From the NCBI RefSeq assembly GCF_036971445.1, contig NC_091475.1, forward strand, positions 94,178,001 to 94,242,000: a DNA stretch of 64,000 nt, read 5' to 3'. A model generated the notes under the pieces. It saw only the letters and a program-made list of their open reading frames with translations. It had not been told where the DNA came from and ran no database searches. Position 1 is the first letter of the stretch. Each line of letters opens with the position of its first letter. This stretch comes from Narcine bancroftii (taxonomy: Eukaryota). Below are positions 37,622-50,639 of the stretch, in pieces. The position numbers and the translations under genes are program-made.

Positions 37622-37695
37622 CTGACGTGGACATTACCCCTCCATAAATCTTCGTCCATGAAGCCAAGCCAAAGAAGAAAAAAGAGAAAAAAAAA
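37622..37695 (+). mobile_element. Extremely 5'-truncated RTE (3'UTR and tail only)
   Basis: ctgacgtggacattacccctccataaatcttcgtccatgaagccaagccaaagaagaaa. acctct is repeated on both sides. Confidence 0.85.
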
Positions 37696-40002
37696 CCTCT
37701 TCAGCTGCAGCATTGCAATGGTCCAATGCCTGTGGACAACAAACTAGCATTTTTATTTTCATGTAGTCATGAATTCTTATGATTTTTGTCCTGTTTCCAC
37801 AATTTTCTCTCATTTCCGTTGATCTGAACGCCCAATGGAGAAATAGAATTGCTCTCACGCTGAGTGGTGAATCTTGGACTTCTCCACCTTGGAGTGATGT
37901 AGAGCCAAGATGACTGGAGGCACTTAAAATGAAAGAAAATTAGACCATAAACAAATGGCAGAAAGAGAAGATGAGGTCTTGTGTAAATCAGCCCAGGCTC
38001 ATATCGAATGGCAGGGCAGGCTTGAGGGGTTCTTAGTTTCTTTTCTCATTACAGTCAATAGTCCACGCCAACCAGTTGAATGTGTCATTAAACATTCTTT
38101 AAATAAAATGAATGAAGATGTAAACTTCTGCAAGGTTGCTATTTTTAGCACAGATTTTAATCAACAATAACAAAATGATTTTCCAATAAGACCTTTATTT
38201 AAATTCCCCGGTTTTAGTGCTTAAAACCAAAGCTTCAAACTTCAATTATAATATGGAGATACTAATAACAGCCTTGAGAAAAGCGACCAGTGTGGTCGCA
38301 TATAAAACTTTGATTTGCTTGGGCAATGCTCATTTGGAAAGATTTTTAAAAGTTCTTTTGGAAAAGTTGATGGACCCATTTAAAAACCAGTGATTAAGTT
38401 GATTATTAAATATTCTTACTTTGGAAAAGGTAACAAAAATCGTTATTTTATCCTTAAGAGATGGAGGAAGAATACAATTGTAATTGCACAATTAGAAATG
38501 GGGAAAAATTGGAAATGACCTCTGGAAGTGACCCCTTCATTTGGTTCAAGAAACATAACTCCAGATGATTAAGATTGTCACTCGAGTCAATTCTTTTAAT
38601 AAAGTTACAGTATTTATTTCATTCATATTAAGGAATACTGATTTTAAAAATCCCCTACAATAATTAAATGTAGTTTTCATTATATTCACAGATTTAGGCT
38701 TTTTAAATATTGTGTATAAACTCCTGTTAACATATTTTTCGAAGTCCTATTTTGATGGACAATGTTAATGATTCACAATAAGTTGAATCTTTTAAAATTG
38801 GTAACAAAGGATTTTCATGGCAATGTTATGTCCCGATTCAAAATTTCAATAACTTATGAGCTGCCTGGTTAGAAATATAGATATTTTAATCAAAATTAAA
38901 ACTGAAGTGTAAAGAAAATTCTCAGTACAATTGTGAAGATGTGCTAATCTTAACAGTAACCCATGTCTGATGCTCACTGATAACCTTAACACTTCTCTAT
39001 GTAGTAGCTTTTATAATACATGTATTCCGTGTAATTTACAATAATTGGACATAAGGGATAAAAAGAAGTGGAAGGTTGCACATTAGTGCTGTCTGGTTTG
39101 TTGAACTGGTCATTATTTAACCTAAGTCCATTATGCAATGCATTAAATTAATAGAGGTACTGACTGACAATATGATGGGTTGGTTGGGTAATGATTCTTT
39201 GGGTTGATTTGGTGTGCAATGCAGAATGCTTATCATAAGTTGTCACATGTGATAAATGCCAACTATAATTTAATGCCATTGACAGAATAGATTTTCTGAA
39301 AGCAATAATTAAGTATGTTTTGTGCTAATTGTATATCGTATGTAGATTTTTTTTTCTCTGGAATAATGACTTGCCTGGGTTAAAGCCTTCCAGATTAAAT
39401 CTCTGACACTTTTGTGTATTCTGAACTAATAATCAAAATAATACAATGTTCTGTGAGCTTTATTTTTAGTAAACCCACAAAATTGTAAAGTTCATAGTTG
39501 CATCTGTGGTAACAATCTTGATGATATACCTTTACCATTATGTTTGCCACTGGCAATTGGTGACACTGAAGACCGTTTATTGTAGTATGAGCATGTATGT
39601 ACCTTTCTTATCTATGTACACAATGTATTATGACTTTTGATATAGTGGCAGTTAGTGAGTGCTAATTGCCTTCAATAAAGAATGGTTAGTAGTTCAATCC
39701 TTGTCACTTGACTCAGCAATATAAATAAAAGAGCCAACAAATCCGACTGCTAAATCTGCTATCTAGTCACAGATTGGTAGGCATCAAATACAATCCCATT
39801 ATTTAGGAAAGGTTAAAAAAAACCACAAAACTTCGAAGAAGTTCACCTAACAGTAGCAAATAGATTCTTCAGTCTGTTTTGAAGTAAGCTGTAAAAGGGC
39901 AGATGGAAAATAATGCAACCAATCAACAATTTATGAAAATAATGCATTCCTGCAAATTTTAAAAGTCAAAATTTTGGTACAATGTTTTCCTTAAAGAAAA
40001 AT

Positions 40003-40250
40003 GGGGCAGCACACTAACTGCAGTGCTTAACACAATGTTACTACAGTGCCAGCAATCAGGGTTCAAATTTGATGTTGTCTGTAATTTGGCGTTCTCCCCA
40101 GTTCTGCATGTGTTTTGACCAAATGCTCCGGTTTCCACTCATGCCAAAGATGTATGGGGATAGCAGATTAATTGGGCACATGTGTGCATTTGGGCAGCTT
40201 TGGCCCATGGACTGGATGGGCCTGATGTGCTGTATCTCCAGAGTTGAAAC
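40003..40250 (+). mobile_element. V-SINE
   Basis: ggggcagcac..gggttcaaattt..gttctcccc..tgctccggtttcc. Confidence 0.8.
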
Positions 40251-40269
40251 AATAATTTTAAAATTTACT

Positions 40270-43200
40270 AAAATGTAAAAAGGATCTGAAGAAAGACATT
40301 AGACAAGCTAAAAATAAATATGACGTTGCTATGGAAAATAAGGTGAAAGTACATCCAAAGGGTTTCTACAGTTATATTAACAGGATAGTGAGGGATAAAA
40401 ATGGTCCCTTTGGAGAATCAGAGTGGTCTGTTGTGTATGCACTCACTCAATAAAGACTCGGAGATGGGATGCTTTCTCATCCTTTACTTTTATTAAACTA
40501 ACCTGGCTACTGATACACAGGATTATATATGGAAGGGTGACATTATTAGATGGGCATCATGATGTCCAGCAGAGGGTGGACTTATACCCAACTTTCTTTC
40601 CCATCCCCTGTCGTGCTGGCTGGGCCCATTCGAACTAATAAGATTACATCGGGCCCAGGACGACAAGAGAGAATTAGAATACATCTCATGAGTAATTTTA
40701 AATATACAAGGGAAAGTATTTAATAATAATCAGTGCACATAGTCCTTAAAGCATTCAGGGCTGCATAGTGTAGACATATTAGGGATATGTTTTCGGTAGT
40801 GATTAACAAGTCCTAAGAAGAACTGTAATTCTGATTTGTTGGTTGAGTATGGGGCCTTGCAATCGGCTTCTGTTCCTGCTGGATTCATTCGCACCCCCTC
40901 ATCATCGATAGTAAACTCAAGATATGTTACTGAGGGGCACTTGAAGGCACATTTGTCCTTGCGTAATTGTATGTTACACTGTTGTAGTCTGGTTAAAACC
41001 TATTCATGGTTTTGTAACTGTTCACTGTCGTTTTGGCCCGTGATGATGATATCATCGAGGAAACACCCAACTGAGAGTCCATGTAGTAATTTGTCCAATG
41101 TTGCTTGGAAAAAGTCACAGGAGCTGCTGATATTCTGTAAGGCCCGTGTGTATCGGTGAATAGTCCCAGATGGGGATTGATTGTCACATATCCCTTTGAT
41201 TTTTTTTTAATGTCCAATTCTATCTGTTGATATGCTTGTAATTTGCTCTCAGTTTAGTGCTTGGAACAATTCTTCTGCCTTGGGCATGGGGTGTTCAGGT
41301 ATTTTGAGTGACAAATGGTGACTTTGTAATCGCTGTAATTGCGAATCTCATCATTTGCTTTTTGGGCACTGCCAAATCGCTGTATTGTATTGGTTCTAGT
41401 ATGCCTTCATGTTTTAGTCTGTTTAATTCAGCCTTATTTTTCTCTTTCTTAGCAAATGGGACTGTTCTGGCTTTGAAGAATTTTGCTTCTGCATTATCTT
41501 TTAATTGCAATTTGGCTTGAACACCTTTTGATTTCCCCATTTCTTGTTGGAAAACCAACATGTGGTTGTTGAGGATTTGGTTGAGTTCTGGCTGGGAGTT
41601 GTCCATTTAGTATTGAACCCATTTCCAGCCATTCTAGGGGAATGTCTTGTAGCCAGTTTCTCCCGAAAAATGCTGGACCCTGGGTATCTATGATGTAGAG
41701 AGAAAGTATTTTTGGTTGCTGTTGTTTGAATTGTACTTGGACTGTACATTTTCCAAACACTTTGATTCTGTCTCCAGTAACAGATCTTAGTTATTTCAGT
41801 TGTTTTTCCATGAGGCGTGGTAGCAAGTGCTCCTTTACATGTAATGACATTAGGGATACTTCTACCCCTGTGTCTAACTCCATCTTCAGGGGGTGTCTGT
41901 TTAATTTTAGCTGTATAAAGATTACTGTTTCCTCTGTTTATTCTTTGGAGTTGTAATATCTTAGGAGCTGAAATTTCAGGAGCTTGAAGGTCAGCAGTTG
42001 GGCTGTTATCATCGTCGTTGCTAGGTTCCTCCTCTCTCTATGCAATTGTTTTGACTTTAGCTGCCTGTTTATTTGCAGTCCATCTGTGCTGTAGAAGTGA
42101 ACATTTAGCTTTGATATGCCTTTCATTTTTACAATGGTTGTATTTAGAATTTTTGAAGAAACTGTTTTCTGTCGGTGGTTATATTTCCCACAATGGAAGC
42201 GTTGTTAGTGGGAAGACCTCCCAACCAGTAGGTCTGGTTGACCCACATCCATGTTTTTATCTGCCATTTCAGAGCTGCAGGCAACACTCTATGCAAAATG
42301 TAATGTAATGTCTCATCCTTTGCTAATAATTTTTGCCTTGCTTGGTGATTTGCCTGCCCCATCACTAATCTGTCTCACAGTGCCTGATTTAGAAACTGCT
42401 TGAAATGACAGTGCTCCACCAGTTTACACAATGATGCCAGGTATTCACTTACTGTTTCTCCTGGTCCTTATCTCCTTTCATAGAATTGTTGTCTTTCTGT
42501 CATAACTGGTGGTTTGGAACTTAAATGGTTCCTTAGAGCTGTGCTTAATTCGTTGAATGGCTTCATCCCTGGATCCTCCAAGGCCAGCAAGATCTTAAGG
42601 AGGTTGAATGTTTTGCTGCCCATTATACTGAGGAAGAGGGCACGTTTGCAGTTTACTGGACCTTCCACAATACTGTGGGCTATGCAATAGTAGTTAAACA
42701 ATTCTACGTAGTTATCAGAACTTTTTTCTACTTCGTTGAGTTCCCCGAACTTTCCCTCTGCCATCTTGGTGCGCTTTCGCCTTGATCTTTTGGAGGAAAT
42801 TTGCTGGGGTTGTTAGGTAGTTGTTTTCTATTTTCTGTTGTTTTCTTTCTCACAGTTGGTGCATGGAGTATGTGTAGGGTTTGTTTCATCCCCATCACCA
42901 TTATTGTGTACGGCACTCACACAATTAAAACTCGGAGACATGATACTTTCTTATCCTTTTCTTCTATTAGACTAACATGGCTACTGAAACATAGGGTTAT
43001 ATATGGAAAGGTGACATCATGTCTGGGGTGTCATGATGTCCAGTAGAGGGCGTTCTTATACCCAACACGGTCAGCTATGTGTGGAACCAAAGGACATGCG
43101 GGAGATTTTGAACTATTTCTTCAATATTTACTAAGGAGACAGATATTAAATTATGTAAGGCAAGGGAAACATGTAGGGAAGTTATGGAAACTTATGATTG

Positions 43201-44740
43201 AAGAGGAGTATGCTCTAGAGCTTTTAGGAAATATAAAGGTGGAGGTCTCTGGGTCCTGACAGGATATTCCCTAGGACTTTGAGGGAAGTCAGTGTAGAAA
43301 AACAGGGCTCTGACAGAAATATTTAAAATGTCATTAGTGACGGGGATGGTGCCAGAGGATTGGCAGATTGCGCATATTGTTCCATTGTATAAAAAGGATT
43401 CAAGGAGTCAACCAAGCAATTATAGGCCTGTAAGTTTGACGTCAGTGGTGGGCAAACAAATGGAAATTTTTCTTAGAGATGGTATATATAATTATCTGGC
43501 TATACATGGTATGATTAGGAACAGTCAACATGGATTTGTATGTGGAAGATCATGTTTGACAAATCTTATTGAATTTTTTTGAAGAGGTGACCAGGAAAAT
43601 TTGAGGATAAGGCTGTAGGTGTTGTCTATATGGACTTCAGTAAGAACTTTGACAAGGTCCCACATGGAAGGTTAGTTAGGTGTGAATATGGAAGTAGTAA
43701 AATGGATTCAACAGTGGCTGGATGGATGAGAGATGCCAGAGGGTGGTGGTGGATCACTGTTTGTCAGGTTGGAGGCTGGTGGCTAGTGGTATGCCTCAAG
43801 AATCTGTATTGGGTCTGTTATTGTTTATAAAATACATTAATGATCTAGATGATGGGGTGCTAAATTGGATTAGTAAGTAGGCAGATGATACTAAGATAGG
43901 TGGCATTGTGGATAGTGAGGAAGATTTTCAAATCTTGCAGAGAGATTTGGGCAAGTTAGAAGAGTGGGCTGAAAGTTGGCAAATGGAGTTTAATGCTGAC
44001 AACTCTGAGGTGCTACATTTTGGTAGGACTGATCAAAATAGGATGGTGAATGGTAGGGTGTTAAAGAAAGCAATTGAACAGAGAGATCTAAGAATAATGG
44101 TGCACAATTCCCTAAAAGTGGAATCTCAGGTGGATAGGGAGGTGAAGAAGGCCTTTGAAATGCTGGCCTTTATAGAGTACAAGAGTTGGGAGATAAAGTT
44201 AAAATTGTATATGGCATTGGCGAGGCCACATTTAGAATATTGTTCAGTTCTCATCACCAAATTATAGAAAGAATGTGAACGAAATAGAGAGAGTACAGAG
44301 AAGATTCATTAGAATGAAACCTGGGTTTCAGCACCTAAGTTATAGTGAAAGGTTAAACAACTTAGGTCTTTATTCCTTGGAGCGTCGAAGGCTGAGTGGG
44401 AATTTGATAGAGGTCTTTACATTTTTTAGGGGGATAGATAGAGTAGATGTGGATAGACTTTTCCCATTGATGGTAGGGGAGATTTAAACTAGAGGACATG
44501 AGCTGAGAATTGGGGGGAAAAAGGGGAGCTTCTTTACTCAGAGTAGTGTCTGTGTGGAATGAGCTTCTGGTGGAGGTGGTGGAGGCAGGTACAATATTTT
44601 AAGAAAAATGTGGATAAGTATATGGAGGTAAAAGGTATGGAAGGTTATGGGCAGAATGCAGGTCAGTAGGACTAGGAGTGTATGCGTTTCGGCACAGATG
44701 AGAAGGGCCATAATGGCCAGTTTCTGTGCTGTAATTGTTA
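40270..44740 (+). mobile_element. CR1 LINE (~1.8 kb of ORF2 and 3' end), split by a Gypsy insertion
   Basis: VPEDWQIAHIVPLYKK, NYRPVSLTSVVGK, SQHGFVCGRSCLTNLIEFF, MDFSK.FDKVPHG, ADDTKIGG. The host sequence rejoins across 40428/43073. Confidence 0.92.
40429..43067 (-). mobile_element. Mag-like Gypsy element with two ~165-bp LTRs, lacking RNase H and integrase
   Basis: LTRs at 40429-40593 and 42902-43067; TSD tggtc/cggtc. PBS tggtgatggggatg; PPT ggggatgggaaagaa. Gag ALFLSIMGSKTFNLL, PR ELDTGV, KFFKARTVPF, TINPHLGLF. Confidence 0.9.
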
Positions 44741-44766
44741 TATGGATATAAGGTTTATTCAAAAGT

Positions 44767-45107
44767 CCCCCTTTTTTTTACACCTTTATTGCGCCACTCC
44801 ATTCTGTCTAAAATGTAGAAACGTGGAATGGGGTGGGGAGGGGGGGACGGGGCATTGTGGTCCTGCCTTTAACCCAGCAGCAGAGATAGTCACAGCACTG
44901 AATTGACGTCTGTGTAAAATGGGCGAGCCGTCACACAAGACACTCACGAGGCATCATGCCAGAATGCTGGCATGCTTTGTAAAATGACACACTGTGGCAG
45001 CATTATGCCGGTGTGGTTTGGTTCAGTGTGGAAAAAAAAGCAAAGCCGGCTTAATGATAGGCCTTCTTTATGGCATATTGCAGGATCTCTTGTGTAAAAA
45101 AAAGGCT
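44767..45107. mobile_element. Possible non-autonomous DNA transposon (Harbinger-like TIRs)
   Basis: ccttttttttacac ... gtgtaaaaaaaagg inverted termini, followed by TAA. Internal gtgtaaaa repeats. Confidence 0.4.
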
Positions 45108-46119
45108 AAAGATGTCAATTGCATTGTGTGGATGACAGTACAGAAATTAGTGTAAATCAAACATTTGAAAATCAAGGAATACTAGCAATAGTTCATGCTT
45201 TTTTTGAAGTTTTTTCCAGCACATTAGAGGCTGTGCATGGTGTGGCTCTTCAGTAATTGGTGCCGATGTGCAGAAGATGCAAAGAAAGGTGGCAGTGTGT
45301 GTGACAGGAGGATATGAAAAGAGCTCAGGGATATAATCAGGCTAAATGATGTGGAAAGAAAATTGAGGTAATTTATATCCATTGGAAAAAAGTGTTTTAT
45401 AAATGCTGATGTGTTGAAGGGAAAAGAAAATAACTATAGAAGCTGAAGTAAAATATTAGAAACACTCACCAAATCAGGCAGCATTCTATGAAAAGAGAAA
45501 TGATTAACATTTGAAGCCTAAGACCTGACATCCAAACTGAATTGTGAGTATTTGATTCACCTTGACATAAATGTTCGGGCCAAGTTTAGAAGGTGGAATT
45601 AATATGATGGACACTTACATTGATGTGGTGGGCAGAATAGCTCGTTTCCATGCTGAGTGACTCTATGGAAAGTGATAAAACAATCTTTTTACGATAGCAG
45701 ACAAGATTGGAATGGGATGGATCGAATAAGGTGAATATCTCTGATAGGGGAAGACCAAATGAGTAAATGTTCAGTAACAGTTGGGATCAGATTAAACTTT
45801 GTCCATCTAACATGTTGCTAATAATAACTCTAGGGCACACCCAGCAGGCAGAATATACAAATAGGAGAAGGATAATTGATCCAAAAGTTACCTCAAACAG
45901 AAATGGCCAGTTTTGATGCAGACAAAAAAAGGATCGAGTTACGTAAAGTTAGAGACCGATATTGAGCACTGAAGGCAGCAATGAGCCCAAATGTTCCTCA
46001 AGTTTGGATTGGCATCATTGTAAAGGAGCGGGAGGGAACATAGAGTAAGGTCAGCAACATAGGTATTGGGTGGCAAGTTCAAGTGGCAGACAAGGGTTTA
46101 ACCTGGGTCGTCTTGCCCA

Positions 46120-46410
46120 CAAACAGTTGGAATCGATTTCTCAGATTAAAAATGTCACAAAACTAGAGGATGTGCTTACGGTGAGGGAGATAGTTTAAGG
46201 GAGATCTGCACAGTGATAGATGGGTAGAACACACTGCCAGGGGTAGTGATAGAAGCAGATAGAATACTAGTAATTATGAAGCCTCTGTAGATACATGAAG
46301 GAAATAGAGGGATACATATCACATGCAAGCGGCAGGATTATAGTTTAAATTGGATATCATGCTCGGTGCAGACACAAGGGCTGGAAGACGTGTTCCTACG
46401 CTGTATCATT
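46120..46410 (+). mobile_element. CR1 3' fragment
   Basis: aaactagagg..tttaagggagatctg..ctgccaggggtagtgatagaagcagat..gggctggaagacgtgttcctacgctgta. Confidence 0.7.
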
Positions 46411-46992
46411 TTGTGGTGACAAACAGAATCATCAAAGCATTGAATAAGTGAAAATATGTTGGCCTTTATTGCAAGAGGATTTGACTATCAATTTACACCT
46501 TTCCTCTTATCATATCCAATTAATACCTTTAATACTCTTCTGTCCCATTCTTTCCCCTTTCTCTCTGTCTTTATTCAGACACCTGCCTATTTATTTTTCT
46601 TAAACCTTATTACCAAAATGTCAGTAATATATCCTTACTTCCTATGGTTGCTGTGAGACTGGCTGAGTTCCTCCAGCGCCAGCAGTTACTGTTTTTTTCC
46701 AAAAATGAACACATCTTACTCTAATTATAAAGAGCTCAGATGGCACTGTACCTAGTATACTATTTTGGATTATGCTGTCTCTAGCCAGTGGTTCAGACTG
46801 GAAAGCCAGTCTATAGCATTTTTCTTTGTGGAGCTCAGTGTTGTTGGGATTGCTTACATTCTGCAAGCGATCACTTAAGCTGATTCAGATGTGGTGAAAG
46901 GTTGAAACCTTAGAAATTGAAGTGGAGATGATAACACAAAGTTTTGAAGGGCTCAGGTCCAAATTATTGGTTATCCTTTACTTCCTATAGAC

Positions 46993-47361
46993 CAGTGGTT
47001 CTCAACCTTTGTCTTTCCACTCACAAAGTTTAAGTGATCCCTATGCCATCGGTGCTCTGTGATTAGTAAGGGATTGCTTAAGGTGGTATGTGAGTGGGAA
47101 GGGAAGGTTGAGAATCACTGCTCTAGACCCAATTGTTACTGAAATATTTTGCTTGAGAAAAATTGTCATTGGCCCATTTCCTTTGGAGTTATGAAACCAT
47201 GCATATAATGAGTCAATTAGGTATGTTGAAAACAGTGGTTTTCATATTTTTTTCAACCCACATACTACTTTAAGCAATCCTTTACTAATCATAGTGTTCC
47301 TATAGCATAGGGAATACTTAAAGTGGTATGTGAGTGGAAAGAAAAAAGTTGAGAATCACTG
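46993..47361. mobile_element. Composite hAT (Charlie-like) MITE: two inverted ~128-bp units around a 112-bp spacer
   Basis: CAGTGGTTCTCAAC / GTTGAGAATCACTG TIRs. 8-bp flanks ctatagac (46985-46992), ctctagac (47121-47128) and ctctagat (47362-47369). Inserted in a Penelope-type arm. Confidence 0.85.
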
Positions 47362-47409
47362 CTCTAGATGCTGCATAACCTGCTGAGTTTCACCAGCACT
47401 TTTGTGTAT

Positions 47410-48130
47410 TGCTCATGAACTTGGAGTTTTTCTGAAAAGGTGACCATGAGGATTGTCAAGAGATGGCTGATGAACATTGTTTGTGTGGAACTTTGCAAGG
47501 CTTTTGATGGGGTTTTGCATGGTAGACTTGTCTAGAAAATTAGATCACTTGGGACGTAAAGTACCCAATTAGATAGTAGAAGGAAACAGGATGGCAATTG
47601 AGGTTTTTATTTTCTAGATTGGAGGGCTGGGACCAGTCTTATGCCTTATGGATTGGTGGTAGGTGCACTGTTATTTGTCATATGATTTGGATGAGTATGT
47701 AGGTAGCCCAATTAATATGTTTCTGGATGACATAAAAATTGGTGGTGTGGTGAAAAATGAAAGAAATTAAATTTAGGACAGGATCGAGATCAACTGGTAA
47801 AACGGGCCAAGGAAGTTAACAGAGAGGTATGAAGCAATGCATTTTGGGAACTTAAACAAGGGCATGAAGAGGCCTAGGGAGTGGTGTAGAATGGACACCT
47901 TTATTACAAGTACTAAGTGGCAGCACAGGTAAATGAATTGCCTTCACCAAATATGTATAAGAATTGGGACATTGTGTTACAGTTTTACTAGAAGTTTTTG
48001 AGACCATACCTGGAATATTGCATGTAGTCTGGTTGGCCTACTATAGAAAGCACATGATTAATTTAGAGTGCAGAAAAGGTTAACAAGATTTTTCAAGGAA
48101 TATAGCTCAAGTTACAAGGAAAGACTGGAC
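47410..48130 (+). mobile_element. Old CR1 fragment
   Basis: actttgcaaggcttttgat..catggtagact, ggatgacataaaaattggtggtgtg, agaccatacctggaatattgc. Confidence 0.7.
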
Positions 48131-48679
48131 TACAGCGACTCACATTCCAGTCCTCTGCCTAATTACAACAAATCAATTTCCAGATGGAGACAAAGAGTCT
48201 AATGGCGATTCCATTTATTACCATTTTTAAATGGGCTGAAAGTGACATTCAATCTCAGCTCCTCTTGCAAATCAGGCATAAACATAGCCTTACAGTAGTC
48301 ATAACAAAGAAGAAAACCTTTATAAATGACCCAACATTAAAGTGATCTGAATAACCATAAATTGGTGTATAATTAAAATGTTCCCAGTTCCTGATTAGTT
48401 TTGATGTTTGTAAATATAAATGCAGATTTATTTCATAAATATGAAATAAATACAATAGAACTTTGACTTAAATTTAAAATCAAGTAAAATCCATTTGTTA
48501 ATTTAAATGGGATAAATTAAATAAAGTGGATAAATTATGCTAGAATGACATAAGGTGGTTATGAAAGTGATTTTACTGAAAACAAAGTAATTACCTACAG
48601 TCCTATATTTAATATGATTTGAATAGTGTATTCCAACGCAAGAAAAAGAAAACAAAAAGACAAAGGAAATATAAGAACT

Positions 48680-49170
48680 TGAGGGATGAATTTAACATTC
48701 TCCCTTGAGAATGTTCACCCAGTAGGCGAATGAGGTCTTGATCACAGCTACAAAATCTCCTGTATGTCCCTCTTGTCTTCTATCACTCCAGTCTCCTTCA
48801 CTCCATTCTCCTCTGCCATCCCTCAGAGCTAGACATTGTGCTACCAATCTGTCTGCTGCTTCTGCCCCCTAAAACAGCATCCAAAACAATGCATGTTACT
48901 GAGGGGAATGGCCACAGTGGCCATTCCCCTGCTACCTTTCACAGAGGTCACCCAACTGCCTGCTGCCTGAACCTTCTCTATGACTTCTGCACTAAAGCTC
49001 CAGCCTATGAAGTTCTCAGCATCACAGATGCTCTTGAGCAAGTCCAACTGCAGCTCCAGCTGCTTGATGTGATTACTTGAGCTGCAACTGGACAGACTTC
49101 CCGTGTGTATGATCAGCAGGGACACTGGAATCTTCCCTGATATGCCATTTCCTGCAGGAGGAGCATATGA
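48680..49170 (-). mobile_element. CR1 ORF1 N-terminal fragment
   Basis: HIKQLELQLDLLKSI.DAENFI..SFS..VQAAGSWVT..VAIPLSN. Confidence 0.6.
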
Positions 49171-49825
49171 CTGCGATCTCTACACCAGCACGACCACAAT
49201 GGAAAGTAAAGATCTTGCACTGTCTTCCTACTGCTCAACTAAAGGAACAGGCTCAACACCAATATTAAAACACAGTGCTTCAACCTCAAACCAGTTCACT
49301 CAAATCCATCCCACTCATCCATATATAATCTGGCTGCCTGACACTATCCTTCCCTCCCCCCCCCCACCTATATTTTGTCACCCTCTTACTCACCTTTTAC
49401 ATCATGCTGATGATTTCCTTGCACCTTTATAATTTTGAATTTGTGTGAGGTCCCAGCCCCAGGTGCCTAGATGAGTCACTGTGATTGATGACAAAGGTGG
49501 GGTAGACACATGGTTATTGTAATTGTCCTATCTACCCACTAACTTTGATCTCTTATCTAACACTGGCTAAGAAGTAGGGAAGAATAATATGACAGCGCAG
49601 ATGAAGACACAAAACACAACTTTCCCTCCTTTTACCTCCACCTCACTCATGCCTGATGTTATGAATGTTCACCTGCTCTGATCTGGAAATTGAACAGAGT
49701 CAAGAGGTTAGAGATTAAATCACCATCTGTATCAGGCAGGTGGCCTACAGGCAAGGTGAAATGATTGTGCACATATTAGTCAAACAACAATTCTGTTGTC
49801 AAGAACACATTATGAGGATATTGAT

Positions 49826-49951
49826 GAGAGACAAAAGAAGGTGCAGATGCTAGTTTAATGAAGCAAAACCTGACCTGTTGGAGGAACTCAGCAGATCAAG
49901 TAGCACCTGTTGAAGCAAAGGGATGGTTGACCCTTCAGGCGAAGACCCTGC
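49826..49951 (-). mobile_element. Short Penelope-type end insertion between 14-bp direct repeats
   Basis: tgcagatgct..tggaggaactcagcagatcaag arm. atgaggatattgat at 49812-49825 and 49952-49965. Confidence 0.7.
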
Positions 49952-50639
49952 ATGAGGATATTGATAAGGCAAGCCAACAGAAGAGGGCAAGTGATGTATG
50001 CATGTAAAAGCTTGACAGGACATCTTTGAGAGCTTTGTGTAAATTGTTATGACGCTTGGAGAAGATGACACAAACTTCGTTCAGCATTGGAAACATGGAA
50101 TAAAATAAGGTTGAATACACCTTGGGCTAACTACATTCCTCATTGAATTATTACCTCACATAGTGAAAGCAATGATTTCATGATGTGGATGGTACTTAAA
50201 GCCAGCCTGCACCTCTGTTGTGTAGTTAGTACAGAGTGAATTGCTTGATTGACTGCCTACACGAACAATACCAGAGATCTCTAATATGCTTGCCTAATTT
50301 TAGTACTGTCTATTGGCTTTAATTGGCTGTTGAAAAATGAAATGAACATTGCAGCTTTCTTTATTGTGAATGACAGCTAGAGAGTTAACGGAAACCTTGT
50401 GAATTGACGTTAGCTGTGGAAGAAAAGACAATGCTGCTTTAGTGATTGTCCTTTTGAGGCATTGCAAAAGTTGCCAAACAAATGGACTTGCGGAAACAGA
50501 TTCAAGAACAATAATGGTCAAAACTTTGCTCTGATAATATGACATCATTTATTAATGTCAGATATACATTGGTACAATACAATTTTATGCACCAATTGTA
50601 TCTTGCACCACAACATTTATACAGTTTAAAACTGTAATT

